Under the pieces are notes generated by a model. That model was given only the letters and a program-made list of their open reading frames with translations. It was not told the DNA's origin and searched no databases. Shown piece by piece: positions 23,961 through 36,699 of a stretch of DNA of 64,000 bases. Made by a program: the position numbers and the translations under genes. The DNA is from Camelus ferus (taxonomy: Eukaryota). Positions within the stretch are counted from its first letter, which is position 1; every line of letters starts with the position of its first letter. The stretch covers positions 18,478,001 through 18,542,000 of the forward strand of contig NC_045697.1 in assembly GCF_009834535.1 (NCBI RefSeq), given 5' to 3'.

Positions 23961-25594
23961 GAGTATGCAAAGCCTCAGTGCCCACCCCAGAATGAGCCCA
24001 CAGTGAACGTGCCACAGCACTCCCAGGCCCACGCCCGCCAAGGGCTGAGGTTAGTGGCACCGGGAATCCGAGTGTGGCCCCAGGGAGGCAGGAGCAGGTG
24101 CTGGCGCCCTGCTGCTTATGCGACGTGCGAGTCTTCAGTTCCCTTGGTGGAATGGGACGGTGATAAGACTGATAACAACAGAAGCGATCCAGTCAGCGTG
24201 TTGGGACCACAGCGGGTGGGTAGGAGGAACCCATTTCCAAAGCACTGGAAATGCTGCTTGTTGTCTTTGGAAACCCTGGATGGATTTCTCCCTTTTGAGC
24301 ACAGCCGCCCACACATTGCACGTAGTTGTGAGCAGCGAAGGAAACAGAAACCCGACCTTCAAAGTTCGTATGCGCTCCAGGGGGAAGATGGGACCAACAA
24401 AAATAAAGCATTCATTAAAAACAAAATGACATGTCCATATACACACATACTTGTAGATAATCACTTACAGCCGTGCAGAGACCCAGGCAGGGCTGCAGGA
24501 TTTTGCTGGAGTGCTTGGGAAGACATCTGGGAAGCTTTCTGGAGGGAGGAGCATTTAGGGCAGAGGAAGGAGGTCCACCCCTAGAGTCGGGGCTCAGGTT
24601 CTTATCTTGGATTTCCTGCACCCAGCACACAGTAGGTGCTCAATGGGTGCTTGCTGAATGAGAACAGGAAGTGGAGAGAGGGGGTTCCAAGCAGAGGAAG
24701 TGAACAAACAGTGCAGTGATGACTCAGGGGAAGGGCAGGCGCTCCACTAACTGCTGAAGGCGTGAGTTTATTTCCCTTTAGTGTTTCATGCCAGGGCTTG
24801 GTCCATGATAAACCCAGAGTCAGAGAGAGAGAGACAGAGGCTGCGGCCTTCCTTACATGCAGTATCATGACAGCCCACCTTCACATGTACTTGCCACTCA
24901 CACCACTCCTGACATTGGGTCCCAGCACAGAACAGCTGAAAATGCCCCTTGGAGCACAGACACTTTTGGTTGCCTCCCCCAGGTCTGTTCCCCCTTCTTC
25001 CTTGCTTATAAAACCCCAGTTTTATTCAAGATCTTTTCCTCAGTGGCCGTTACTCTGGTGTTTTACAGGGTATCAGCTGGGTTAGCCTGAAGCTGGCTTC
25101 CCTGAATCTCCCTTCCAGCTGGATCACAAGAGAGATCTTTGCCTGAGATTTGGAGGCAGATGTTAAGCCTGGAATGTTGGGGTTGGAGGGTCACCAGATC
25201 CACCTCAGTGTCAAGGAGTGGCAGCGGCTTCACCTTTGCCTCCTTTGGCTTCTCTAATGCCTGGGCCAGATCTCAGTGACAAAGGGCACCAGCTTCTCCT
25301 GCAGGACACCAAGTCAGGGGCCATGAGAATCCACGACGTGGTTTCCAGTCCATCCTTGCAGGGTCCAGCTTGTCCTTGTGCTCTCTCATGTTACATCCAT
25401 CCTCCTTCCCCCACCTCCTGCCCTGTGGACTTTGAAACTATCACAGATTCACAGACTATTGCCCTGTAGAGACAGTTTAGAGCTCTCACAAGTGCAGAAG
25501 CTCCCATCCCTGCAACAAATTCAATTCCAGGTTTACAAGGAACCACTAGAAGGTGATTCGACTGGTTCCAGATTGAACCCTGACTGATAGATAC

Positions 25595-26185
25595 CATAGC
25601 CCCAGGTCCAGACTGAACTCTAGCTGGTCTGAGCCAATCATGGTGTTCCTTGTCCCCTTGCTGGTAGGTGTGGACCCATGACCCAGTTCTAGCCCGTGAC
25701 TGGAACTCCAGTCATTGGCTTCTGGCAAAGGCTCCCTTATCTGAAAAAGAGACATACACCAAAAGGATGGTGCTTGGGGGTGGAGGTGGGGTATAGCTCA
25801 GTAGCAGAGCGCATGCTTAGTGTGCACAAGATCCTGGGTTCAACCCCCAGTACCTCTATTAAAAAAAAAAAAAAAGATGGTGCTGTTCTACTGGACATTA
25901 TCAGGATATCATGGTTGGAACTGAGGCAGCCATTGTAACCACACTGGGGTGTTATCCAAGGGACCAAGCTGAGGATCAAGACAGAAAAGATAAAAAGAAC
26001 CTGTGTCCTTGATGATATAGTTGAACAGATGAATTAACTTTCTGAGCGGTGTGAGTATCAAGTACACAGGAATGTGGGCTGTAACAATACCGCATAAACG
26101 GAAGACCGCCTACCCATGGAGTTCCAGTTATGTGAGATGATGTATTTTATTATGGTTAAGTCATTTGAGGCAGGGTTTCTGTTTC
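25595..26185 (+). mobile_element. Old MaLR LTR (MLT1J/K-like) carrying a SINE
   Basis: GGTCTGAGCCAATCATGG...CATGACCCAGTTCTAGCC...TGGTTAAGTCATTTGAGGCAGGGTTTCTGTT. Confidence 0.55.
25775..25875 (+). mobile_element. vic-1-like SINE, short form with extended G-rich leader
   Basis: GGGGTGGAGGTGGGGTATAGCTCAGTAGCAGAGCGCATGCTTAG...GGTTCAACCCCCAGTACCTCTATT plus poly(A); GATGGTGCT at 25766-25774 and 25876-25884. Confidence 0.9.
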
Positions 26186-26494
26186 TTATAGGCAAAAACA
26201 TCCTAGTCCAATTCCCATCCCAAAAAGAAGCCTCAGGTTTTCTTCTTGCCGTGAATCCCAAAGTTTCCATCCCCCAGGAGCTTTTCGAAAGGAAGGTGGG
26301 CAGCTTGGCCTGAACTTGATATCTGACTTCCCCATGCTTGGTCTTCTCATGAAAGAGAATGGACAAGAACACCTCAACAATCAACAGAGGATTTATAAGT
26401 AAACAATCAAATTTAGGATTACCAAAATGATTTTCAGATTATAACCCAAGGAAAAATGGGATAAGGCTACAATTAGGGTAATTATGCTAATCAG

Positions 26495-27738
26495 GTTGAT
26501 CAATAGGATGCAAGTAACAGAAAGCCCAATTTGAGTTGGCCACACCATCACGCCTGCTTTTTACCTTTCTCTCATCACTCAGCTCCCCCTTTTCCTCTGT
26601 GATGCTGAAATGGTACCTGACAATTTATGTTTCATAGACTCTGGGGACAGCTGGCTCTCTGCAAGTTTCTGCCAATAGGAGGCACTAGAGGGATATTGGG
26701 AGGCAGGAGAAAAGGAGAAGGACTTCATTTCTGTCTTTCAGTTCCTGGTAGTGTCCCTGTAGTTGGAGTAGACAGTGGAACTCCACTTCCTAGCTGCTTT
26801 TGGCACTCCCAGACCCTCCTCACCACATCCTGAAGAGGGACTGGGGCCTCTCATTCACCATGGCCCTTGGGAGGGGCTTCCTCACCCACTGGGCCATGTG
26901 CTCTGGGGCATCAGAGCAATCCCTGGTACCTCCTTGGGAATATGAGCACCTATCAAACCTCTCCCTCTCCTCAGGGGTCTGAGAAATTCAAGGGTCTGAA
27001 TGCAAACAACATAGCTCCTATCCCCCAGGAACAAAATTCCAGTCTCATGAGACCCCCTTCCAAGGTCCTAAGCTCTGGTAACCACTCTCTCCCCATTTTT
27101 CTGCTGACTTCAGGAGCTATTAATCTATGAGTTTCCTCAGCATCCTCTTTTTTGATCTCACTTGTGTAAGAAATTCTTTTATTACGTTTCTGTGTTTTGA
27201 AATATCTAGTGTGGTTTCTCTTTTCCTGACTAGACCCCAACTGATAGAGGAAATTTATTGGCTCATATAACCCAAAAGCCCAGACTGAGAACAGTGTTCA
27301 GGTACGACTTGTTCCAGAGGATCTGAATCTTATTAGGACTCCTTTCTGTTTTCTAACATATTCTCAGCACTGACCTCTTCTGTATGTGAATTGTTTTGAG
27401 GATGGCCACCTTCCAGGTAGCAAAAATGGCTGTAGCAACTCCACTGCTTATATATATAAGCCATACTGCCTCTGAGGGAAGAGAGAGAATGTCTTTGCCC
27501 CAGGTTTCTAAATTAGGGCCCCCAACTTCACTTTACACCGGCTTTGGACATTTGCCCAACACTGCGCCAAACACTGTGGCCAAGGCCTGTGCCCACTGAT
27601 TGGCCAGATCATATGTTCTCTTCCTAACGCCAGGTGGTGTCAATTTCCATGGCGATACAGGGACCACCAATGGAAGTCAGGTTTCCTGGGAGGTGACGAT
27701 GGATGCTGGTGAGATCAATAGACACCTGTCAACCGCAC
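26495..27738. mobile_element. Antisense MLT1K-like LTR interrupted by an ERVL LTR (LTR33/41-like, ~26540-27247, plus strand)
   Basis: GCAAGTAACAGAAAGCCC...resumes GGAAATTTATTGGCTCATATAAC; the inner element has TTCTGCCAATAGGAGGCACTAGAGGGA and ends TTTCCTGACTAGACCCCAACTGATA. Confidence 0.5.
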
Positions 27739-27825
27739 TTCATCTTTGATTGTCCAGGGCAGCCCCAGTTTCCTATTTCTTTTGTTGTTTTTGTAAATAT
27801 AATACCTTTAAAAATATAAAACCAA

Positions 27826-27962
27826 GGGGGAGGGTATAACTTAAGTGGTAGAGCGCATGCTTAGCATTCATGAGGTCCTGGGTTCAATCCCCAGTACCTC
27901 CACTAAAAATAAATAAATAAATATACCTAATTACCTCCCTTTACAAATAAATAAATAGTTTT
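27826..27962 (+). mobile_element. vic-1-like SINE, long form
   Basis: GGGGGAGGGTATAACTTAAGTGGTAGAGCGCATGCTTAGC...GGTTCAATCCCCAGTACCTCCA, (AAAT)n, CCTAATTACCTCCC; TAAAACCAA repeated on both sides. Confidence 0.92.
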
Positions 27963-27984
27963 TAAAATATGTAAAACCAAATGT

Positions 27985-29210
27985 GTGGTGATGACTGTTT
28001 AGATACAACACCAAAGGGACACTCCATGAAAGAAAACATTGATAAGCTGAACTTCATTAAACTTAAAAACTGCTCAATGAAAGACACTGACTAAGAAGGC
28101 AAGTCATAGAGAGAAACACTTGCAAAGGGCACGTGTGAAAAGGACTGTTATCCAAAATTTATAAGGAACTCTTAAAACTCAACAATAAGGAAACAAATGA
28201 CCCAATCAAAAAATGGATTAAAGACCTTAACAGACACTTCACCAAAGAAGATGTACAGACAGTAATCAAGCATATGAAAACATGTCAGGTCATTATCAGA
28301 GAAATGCGAATTAAAACAACAATGAATACCACTATACACCTATTAAAATGGCCAAAATCCAGAACTGACACCAAGTGCTGATGAGGATATTGAACAACAG
28401 GATTTTACATTCCTTGCTGGTGGGGATGCAAAATGGTACAGCCATTTTGCAAGATAATTTGGTGGTTTCTTACAAAACTAAACATACTCTTACCATACAG
28501 TCTGGCAATTGTGTTCCTTGGTATTGACCCAAAGGAGTTGAAAACTTATGTCTACACAAAAACCTGCACACAAGTGTTTACAGCAGCTTTACTTATAATT
28601 GCCAAAACTTAGAAGCAACCAAGATGCCCTCAGTAGGTAAATGAGTAAATAAACGGTGGTACATCTAGGCAATGAAATATTATCTAGCACTAAAAAGAAA
28701 GAAGCTATCAAGCCACGAACAGACATGGAAGAAACTTAAATGCGTATTAGTAAGTGAAGAAGCCAATCTGAAAAGGCTATATGTTGTATGATTCCAACTG
28801 TATGACATTCTGGAAAAGACAGAACTATGGGGACAGTAAAAAGATGAGTGAATGCCAGGGGTGGGAGGGGAGACATGAATAGGCAGAGCACGGAGGATTT
28901 TTAGGGCAGTGAAAAAACTCCGTATGATCCTATAATCGTGGATACATACCTTTATACGTTGGTCCAAACCTGTAGATTGTACACCACCAGGAGTTAATCT
29001 GAAAGTGAACTGTGGACTTTGGACTTTGGATGATCATGTGTCATTGCAGGTTTATCAGCTGTAACACATGCACCACTCTGGTGGGCCGTGTTGATAATGG
29101 GGAGACCATGTATGTGGGGGACGGGGGGCCTGGGAAATCTCTACCTTCCTCTCAAACTTGTCATAAACCTAAATCTGCTCTGAAAATGAGTCTTTAAAAT
29201 AAATAAAACA
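27985..29210 (+). mobile_element. Old L1MC-like element: decayed ORF2 C-terminus plus 3' UTR
   Basis: AACTCTTAAAACTCAACAATAAG...AGACACTTCACCAAAGAAGATG...GATGCAAAATGGTACAGCC...AAACCTAAATCTGCTCTGAAAA; no open frame. Confidence 0.88.
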
Positions 29211-29944
29211 ACAATGAAATAATGTATATATCCAAATGTAACTTGATTTCTATGCCTTTTTTAAATAGCTTCACAAATGAGAAATAACTCTTTGGTTAAC
29301 CCTGTGTCCCAATTTAGTTTTCAAAAATGACATTCCAAAGGGCTGGGAGGGTTAAAACACAGACCAATGAGTTCTGAGCCTCAGCTAAGCTGTCTCCTTT
29401 CCTTGTGGTCAGACAAGTGATAAGGAAGATGTTGATCAACCACAATTTCCAGAACGTATGTTTCTATTTTTAACGGACATTAATTCACGTTCATTGGAAA
29501 CAACCTGAAAGGGCTCAGCTCTATCTCATTCACCACAAGTTCACCCCAGGCACTCAGGAGTTTTAAAGATGACAGGTAAATCACTGTCAACCAGCATCAA
29601 CTTCGAATATCCCCGAACAGTGTTTAGACCCTCCAGTCTTCCTTGCTAACCAAGTTGTTGTGTGAAATAAGGCTGTAGTGTATTCTTTTACTTTGTTTTC
29701 CTTCTCTCTCTCTTTTTTGCTGTTGAAAGAATTAAGGCTCAGGGAAATTAACTGATTTGCCCAAGGTTACACAGCAAGGTCAAGACTCCATCTAAGTTAG
29801 AACATGAAGTCACTGGCTCCTGATGTCCCCATGCAAGGCCATCTTGTTTCCAGATGACCTTCATGCTCTCTGCAGACCCCCAGGAGCTTGCATATCCTTT
29901 CAAGGACAGAATTTAATCATCACAAAATGCTCCATGGGAATAAC

Positions 29945-30165
29945 ATTAACAAGCCCTTATACAGCCCGTCCAGCATGCCAGGCAGTTTTCTAAGCCTTTT
30001 ACAGTTGTTTCTTTATTTAATCCTCAAATGGCCCTGTCAGGAGGACCCCAGTGTCATCATCCACGGTGTACAGATGACGACACTGAGGCACTGGCATGTT
30101 AAGTAACCGGCCTACTATTTCTCTGCTGGCAAGAGTGAACTCTGAGGTCAGAACCCAGGCAGCAG
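29945..30165 (-). mobile_element. MIR relic
   Basis: TTATTTAATCCTCA...TACAGATGACGACACTGAGGCAC...GTTAAGTAAC...AGAACCCAGGCAG. Confidence 0.65.
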
Positions 30166-30748
30166 GCTGTGCTCCTGGAATGAAACATCACCTTTGAGAC
30201 TTAAAGGGGAGAAAACCAGACTTGTCAGATGAAAAACAAAGAAGCTAAGGGATAGATGGAGGTGGGCAGGGGAGAGAGGTGTAGGGCAAAGGGTGAGAGG
30301 GAAAACCTTCTCATAGTATTCTTGTTCTTATTGCCTTGTAAGCAAAAGTTAGGCTCCAATACCTTCTCCAAAATTAGGCTCCAGTACCCTCACTCCCTCT
30401 TCGTCAAAGTTCTACACTAATCCTGGGCACTCTTGGGGTACCCAGTCAGAAGGCCGTGTCACAGGGAAAGGCACAAAGGCAGCACCCCTGTTTCTCAGGA
30501 GAAGATGACAGTGTCGGGGAAAATCAATGCCTGAGTGTGGACCCTCCAGACTCTGCATGGATGTAGCACATAAGCTGAGTGAGATGAATCTTCCGGGAGT
30601 CACCACCGCAGTGAACCCCCTGCAGGTGCTGTTGCGGTGTCCAGGTGGCAGTCAGAGACCCAGAGCCATAGCATTTCACCCAGAGACGCATTCACTGTGG
30701 GTCACCAGTCAATCCAACTCATCTGTAATGACTGAAGTGAAAAAAAGC

Positions 30749-31140
30749 GACCTAGAGATGATCATGTTAAATGAAGTTAAGTCAGATTGAGAAAGACAAA
30801 TATATGATACCACTTATATGTGGAATCTTAAAGAAATGACAGAAATGAACTTATTTACAAAAACAGAAACAGATTCACAGACATAGACAACAAACTTACG
30901 GCTACCAAAGGGTAAGCGGGGGAGGGATATATTAGGAGTTTGGGATTAGTAGCTACAAACTACTATATACAAAATAGATCAACAGCAAGGTCCTACTGTA
31001 TAGCACAGGGAACTATATTCAATACCTTGTAATAGCCTATAAATAAAAAGAATATGAAAATATATATAACTGAATCACTATGCTGTACACCAGAAACTAA
31101 CACAATTTATTTCAATTAAAAAAAATAATAATTTTTAAAA
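30749..31140 (+). mobile_element. 5'-truncated artiodactyl-type L1 3' end (older variant)
   Basis: GACCTAGAGATGATCATG...CACTTATATGTGGAATC...CAAGGTCCTACTGTATAGCACAGGGAAC...TAACTGAATCACTATGCTG...TTCAATTAAAA; possible degenerate TSD AAAAAA(G/T)C(G/A)ACC. Confidence 0.9.
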
Positions 31141-31926
31141 AATCAACCTTTTCCCTTTCCCTGATCCAAACTCACTCTCAGAGAAGATGCTGGAACATAG
31201 AATGCTTCCATATACGTTCTGTTCAATACCCGTCGACTGAGCCCTACCTGTGGGCTGGCACCATGGTGGGTAACAGACCTTCTAAGATGCGTGAAATCTG
31301 GTCCCCACCTGCTGGAACCATGTCCTCAGACATAAGCCCCACCTGTTGGAACACAAGTGATACAAGCTGGAATTGAGCAGTGGGTTCGAAGCTCATAAAT
31401 CTTGCGTCTCTGTCATTCAACTTGTTTAAGTACACAAGCCAGCTAGACACACTGCACACCCTCCCAAAGGTCCCTCCTGTTCCTGGATGGACCCCTGGAC
31501 CTGGTCACCAGGTTGTGTCTTCCCTGAGGAGCTGGGTCTTGAACACAGTTTCCAGTGTCCTGCCATTGTAGACAGTCCCCGCCGCGAGGACTCACACGTC
31601 TCCAGGCTGCCCCAGGACAAAGCCCTCCTCAGGGCAGGTGCCAGGGCATGAGGGCCCTTTGGACCCCCAGAAACCAGGCCAGTGGCCCCATTCGCCACTC
31701 CTTTCTTCTCAGTTACCGTGTCTGGGAGGGAGAGTGTGGGGCACAAGCCTGTTCACTCACACCTTTATTCTACTTGGTCCAGTAGTTGGGCCAGAGCCCT
31801 CCTCTCAGGGACGTGTTCCTGGCCTCTGGGCCCAGTCCAGGGGCCCGAAACCTTCTGCCTGCTGGACCCCCCTCCGCATCCTGCAGGGTCTCAGCCCAAA
31901 CACTAGCTCCTGTCAAAATTTCCTTA

Positions 31927-32100
31927 AAAAAAAGTTTCTTCTGTATAGCACAGGGAGCTATGTTCAATATCTTGTAATAACCTTTAATGAAAAAGAATAC
32001 AAAAACGAATATATGTATGTATCTGCATGACTGGGACATTGTACTGTATGCCAGAAACTGACACATTGTAATTGACTGTACTTCAGTTTTAAAAAAAAAA
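31927..32100 (+). mobile_element. Short young L1 3' end with poly(A)
   Basis: Closely similar to 12320-12486; no clear TSD. Confidence 0.9.
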
Positions 32101-32137
32101 GAGATGATCAGCCTTCATAAGAAACAAATTTAAGTCA

Positions 32138-32222
32138 GGGGGAGGGTATAGCTTAGTGTGCACGAGGTTCCAGGTTCAATCCCCAGTGAGTACCTCCATC
32201 AAAAAAAATTTTTTTTTGAAAA
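32138..32222 (+). mobile_element. vic-1-like SINE with internal deletion in the tRNA head
   Basis: GGGGGAGGGTATAGCTTAGTGTGCACGAGG...GGTTCAATCCCCAGTGAGTACCTCCATC plus A tail. Confidence 0.85.
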
Positions 32223-32740
32223 ACTTCAGGTGACAATTTTATTTCTTGGTAAGGTTAAAAAAAAAAAAAGTAAATTCGTGAGAAAGCCTTGATGAATATT
32301 TAGAGTTATATCCCTAATTTTTAAAATGTTGTTCAGGAGGAACAATTGTTTAAATACTTGTGCTCAGGAATTGAGACCAGGTTACTCTGCTCTGAATACT
32401 GGCACACTTGGAGCTCTTTGCGCTCCGCTTGGCAGCTTTCAGCTTGAATTTGAAGAGAAAGTTTGCCCTCTTGGTCTTGGCTTTTGTGAGAGGTTTCTTT
32501 CTGTGAGAGCTTCTGAAGGAAGCAGAGGAGAGGTGTGGAGACAGCAAGCTCCAGGTCAGGCCCCGGCTCCCTCACTCACTAGGACTGTGACTTTGACGAG
32601 GGCTGGCTTCCCCTAGAGAATGACCTTGAGACATGAGGGCACATAATTCACCTGCTCCGGGATGGCAGGAAACACCAGGAGGGAGAGGGAAGGGAAGGAG
32701 CTGCCCCAGGATGCCTGAAGGAGCAGGTTACTACAGAGGC

Positions 32741-32791
32741 GCAGCTGGGACCCTGGGGAGACTGCAGCTGGGACCCTGGGGAGACTGCAGC
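32741..32791. repeat. Perfect 23-bp tandem duplication (2.2 copies)
   Basis: GCAGCTGGGACCCTGGGGAGACT at 32741-32763 and 32764-32786, then GCAGC. Confidence 0.95.
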
Positions 32792-33744
32792 CTTGGCCCC
32801 AGAGATGCCCGACCCAAGGGGTGACAGGCCATCAGCTCCCATCGGACTCAGGTCTCATCCGGCTGCTCCCAGGGCTGTAACTCCTTGACATTTCTGGCAA
32901 GGCTGCACTAGCACCTGTGGTCAGGGAAAGCCCTCAGGAGGGCCCCCCGGTGTTTACAACAAGAAGCCACGAGGATGGCAGTGCCCAGGGCCTGAGGGAG
33001 GGGCAAGGGCAGTGCCCGCTACAGACCATAAAAAGACATAATAAGAGGGCTGATAAACACTTGAAGGCTGACTTCACTGTAGACTGGAAAACTCAGTGAG
33101 GTCAGATGTGTGAAACCACTGTGTAAAGGTAAAAGCATCACACAACGTTCCGTCGGATCCTCCTGCTGGTGATGATGACGAAAACAGTGGCTCATAGCTC
33201 ACTGACCTGCTCCATCTCCCTCGGAGGACCCTCCCACCGGAGACTGGGTTCCTGCAGAGCCTTAAGTCTCTCCTCAGTAACTTTCCAAGGTGTCTGAAGG
33301 TGACATTTCCTCAGGCTGGTGGGCGTTCTCCCAGAGTGAAATTCGACCTTTGAACAGGTTCTGTATTTGCATGGGGCAAATTTCTGAAAGATGGATCCAA
33401 AGGCTTGCAGGGAAACCATCCCTGGCCCCCCATTCACTTCATTTTCCCCTCCCATCTGTCACCGTAACTGTAGATTCCTGAGTCAGTTACAGTGTGTATG
33501 TGTGTGTTGTGTATTTACATCTGTTTACATTTGTCTGAACTGAATTCTGATTTTCTCTCTCTCTGCCTTTTTTTTTTAAACAAAAGTTGTCAAACAGCAC
33601 ACGCTGCTCTCCACCCTGCTGTTGTCACTGGGCGCTGTGTCCCATAGCCATGCATGGAGAACTTTCTCGTTTTCAGACAGCTCTATAATATTCCACATGG
33701 CTTTTTGTTGCAGAAAATAATTGTCTTCAGCAGTCAGAGAGCCT

Positions 33745-33890
33745 CCAATGGGCCAGCACCTGGCATGCGCTTGGCACACATGATCTTATTTAACCCTCCC
33801 AGACCCGCGAGGGAACCAGGGGCTGCGGTTACCACCACTGTTTTACAATAAGGAGCTGAGGCTCGTTGAGATGTTACACAGCAGCTAAGG
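33745..33890 (-). mobile_element. MIR relic
   Basis: CACACATGATCTTATTTAACCCTCC...TTTTACAATAAGGAGCTGAGGCTC. Confidence 0.6.
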
Positions 33891-34564
33891 GGGAGACTAA
33901 CTCTGGAGGTGACCCTGTTGGAATCCACGTATGCCCCTTACCCTCTGAACCACACTTCCTCTTGCGGAGACACTGAAGACTTCCACGAAGGCTGTGAGCT
34001 GTGCAGAGTAAGACCTCGATGCTACCTCGGGTATTTCTTCGGCAATGCAACGTGCTGTGCTGCATCATGAACCATTAGTTCTATTGGGATATTTCTATAA
34101 TTTCCTGCGTTTTTGCCTTTGATGAATCCCATTTGAGGTAGGAGGCAGGGATGAGTGGCTGGAAGATGTTGCCTTCTTTAAGGACAGTCCTGAGAACTAC
34201 GGCCGCTGCCAGTGGGGTGCAGAGGAGCGGCTGTCCTGGGCGAGCTGAGCGCTGGGAGCCCCTGGGAGGGGGCACACTATAGGCAGAGCTGTGCTGAGGG
34301 CAGGGAAGGGCCTAGGGCTCTGGGATGGGGGGGTGCTTCAGGGAGGAAGTTGAGATGGGGGCAGCTAGAACCAAGAACAGTGTGAAAGAGAGAAGTTTGT
34401 CTGGAATCATCTGGTCTAAGGCCATGTTTCATAGGTGGACAATCAGATCCAGAACTAGGTCTTCATATTTCCAAGTTCACAGAGAGCAAAGCCGAATCAG
34501 AGGCCAGGTCTCCTGACCCTTAATCAAGTGTTCCTGCTACTACTACTCTGAAGACAATAGCAAA

Positions 34565-34608
34565 GTGTGTGTGTGTATGTGTATGTGTGTGTTTGTGTGT
34601 GTGTCTGT
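34565..34608. repeat. Imperfect (TG)n microsatellite
   Basis: GTGTGTGTGTGTATGTGTATGTGTGTGTTTGTGTGTGTGTCTGT. Confidence 0.9.
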
Positions 34609-35264
34609 GGGGGTCTGGGGAAAGAATACCCATGCACAGAACTGTGTGTGAGCATGCAGCGCCAGCTGAGGGATGGAGAATAAGAGGAACTCAGCAGGGA
34701 AGAAAAAGGAAATAAAACTCAGAAATCCTTCCAATAACATGTACAAGTCCCAAGGATTTCCAGTCTGGAGGTTTGCCATCTTTAATTCCATGACAACGTT
34801 TGACAATATAAATGGTATTCATTTGGGGGGGGGGGGGGTTGTTTATTTTTACGACTCCAGCAACTGCAGATTTTTGAATTCTCAGGCTCTTTGGCAGCTT
34901 CACAGAAGTTCTCAGCTCTTCAGGGCCTCTGTCATTCCACATATGCCTGCCCTGCACTCATTTATCCCTTTTCAGGTAAAGCCACACCAAGTGACTGGAA
35001 GTGGAGAATGAATGGTTCTCTAAAGAGCTTTTGCTAGAATTTGTGGGGAGGAAAATGTTATTTTCTATGTAGTTGCTTAGCATCAGAATATAAGCTTAGA
35101 GTTGAGGCGGCTTCTTCATTGAAACAGCATCTGAGGATGAAGCCAACATAGAAGAAAGCAGAACAGAGAGAGTGATTCCAATTGAGACCTTTTGAGCACC
35201 TGGATCCAGCTGTGCCTGAAGTAGTACCTTTGCAGTGCAGGAGGCATTAAATTATCTTTTATGT

Positions 35265-35490
35265 GGGATATACATAGTGTTTGAGAATCAGGTTGTCTAG
35301 ATTTGAATCTTGAATCTGCCACTTATTATCTGTATGACCTTGGGCAAGACACTTAACCTCTCTGGTCCTCAATATTCTCAACCATAAAATGAGGTAATAA
35401 TAGTGTCTATCTCATAGGGTTGATATGAAGATAAAATGAGTTAACATATAAGAAGCATTTAGAATAGCATCTGGCATATTGGTTGCTATT
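35265..35490 (+). mobile_element. MIR SINE, near full length
   Basis: TTTGAATCTTGAATCTGCCACTTATTATCTGTATGACCTTGGGCAAGACACTTAACCTCTCTG...ATCTCATAGGGTTG...AAATGAGTTAACATA. Confidence 0.85.
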
Positions 35491-35503
35491 TTTAAAAATT
35501 ATT

Positions 35504-35830
35504 TGTATCAGTTAGTATGTTGCAGTAACAAACAGTCCCAAAATCTTAGCGGCTTAAAACAACAAATTTTTGTATTTTGCACATATTCCTTATCCAGTGT
35601 AGATCAGCAAGCATTGTGCTTATTGTAGTTACTCAGGAATCCAAACTGATAGGGCAGCTGCTAACTATAATGTTGCTGGTCACCATGACAGAGGGAAACA
35701 ACTTTAAAAAGGATACACTGGCTTTTGTCCAGGAGGAGGTATATGTCACTTCCACTCACATTTCATTGACCAAACCAAGTCACGTGGCCACACTCAGCTT
35801 CAAAGGGGAGGGAAGGGAAGTCCTGCCAGG
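35504..35830 (-). mobile_element. MaLR LTR (MLT1I/J-like)
   Basis: TGTATCAGTTAG...GCAGTAACAAACAGTCCCAAAATCTTAGCGGCTTAAAACAAC...CATTTCATTGACCAAACCAAGTCACGTGGCCAC. Confidence 0.7.
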
Positions 35831-36197
35831 TTCCCTATTGACTACCGCATTACTATTATTATGTCATAACTGGTTGAGTATTGGACACTTGCAACTGAAA
35901 GATTCACAAGTAAATAAGAAATCATATTTCCCTGGTTGTATACTCAGCAGGGACCAGGTGCTATAAGCCAAGCTCTTATTAACCCCCTTCTCTCTAATTC
36001 ACTCTGGCCACTTTGAAGCCTGTTGGTCCTATCCATCCATCATCCAGGTGTCAGGACAGTGTCACTGGTGTTTTCAGTAGTCACTGGCTGGTTAAATTCC
36101 AGAAAAGTGGAAAGAAGTTGTATGATTGGACCAGAGTCAAAAGTCAACAGAAGAAAGTATGAGGAAAAAAGAGAGAAATCTGTCCTTGGGGGAGACG

Positions 36198-36595
36198 GTG
36201 TCTTAAGGTCAGGTTCCCTAGAAGTACAGTTGTGATGGCGACTCAGGTGCATGTGATTAAGTGAGGGAGACTCTCAGGAGAGAAAGGGAGTGGGGGAGGC
36301 TGGGGAGGGCAGAGGATGTGGAGTCAGCCTGATCCCATGGGCAGCTCTGGAGTGTGAGTTCCCCCATGGAGGGGGTCCTGCGTTGAGGCAAGGGACTGGC
36401 CTGTTATAGCCTATTGCAATCAGTCACTGGCAGTAGGCTGCCCCAAAAGGGGAGAGTTAACCTTCTGGGCTGAGCAGAATTCCTGGAGAAGGGGCAGCCG
36501 TGAGCTGCCAGCATCCAACACTCACAGCGGCTGGGGGATGGGTGCAGCAGCCCAGGCAAGGCGATTTGGATGGGGCACCAACAGCATCCACCACA
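36198..36595 (-). mobile_element. ERVL solo LTR (LTR16-like)
   Basis: TGTCTTAAGGTCAGGTTCCCTAGAAG...TCAGTCACTGGCAGTAGGCTGCCCC...GGGGCACCAACAGCATCCACCACA. Confidence 0.6.
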
Positions 36596-36699
36596 GGCAG
36601 TCGGGAAAGCACTAATAGGAACCATCTGCCCCTATTCCTCCTACCAGATGAACTGCACTTCAGAAGCATGGAAAATACTGACATCTGTGGGGTAAGAAA

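Noticed and set aside
23958..24584. 208-aa ATG-initiated ORF
   Set aside because: Begins at the end of a MIR relic, has no recognisable domain and no supporting splice or promoter context; compatible with chance.
27826..27902. tRNA-Ala(AGC) gene (also the similar heads at 5.1, 14.9, 15.4, 25.8 and 60.1 kb)
   Set aside because: Each has stem-breaking substitutions, an A-rich tail and TSDs, so these are SINE copies rather than tRNA genes.
31927..32271. L1 3' transduction spanning the L1 end, the SINE and a second A-run
   Set aside because: No convincing TSD encloses the whole unit and no poly(A) signal precedes the second A-run.
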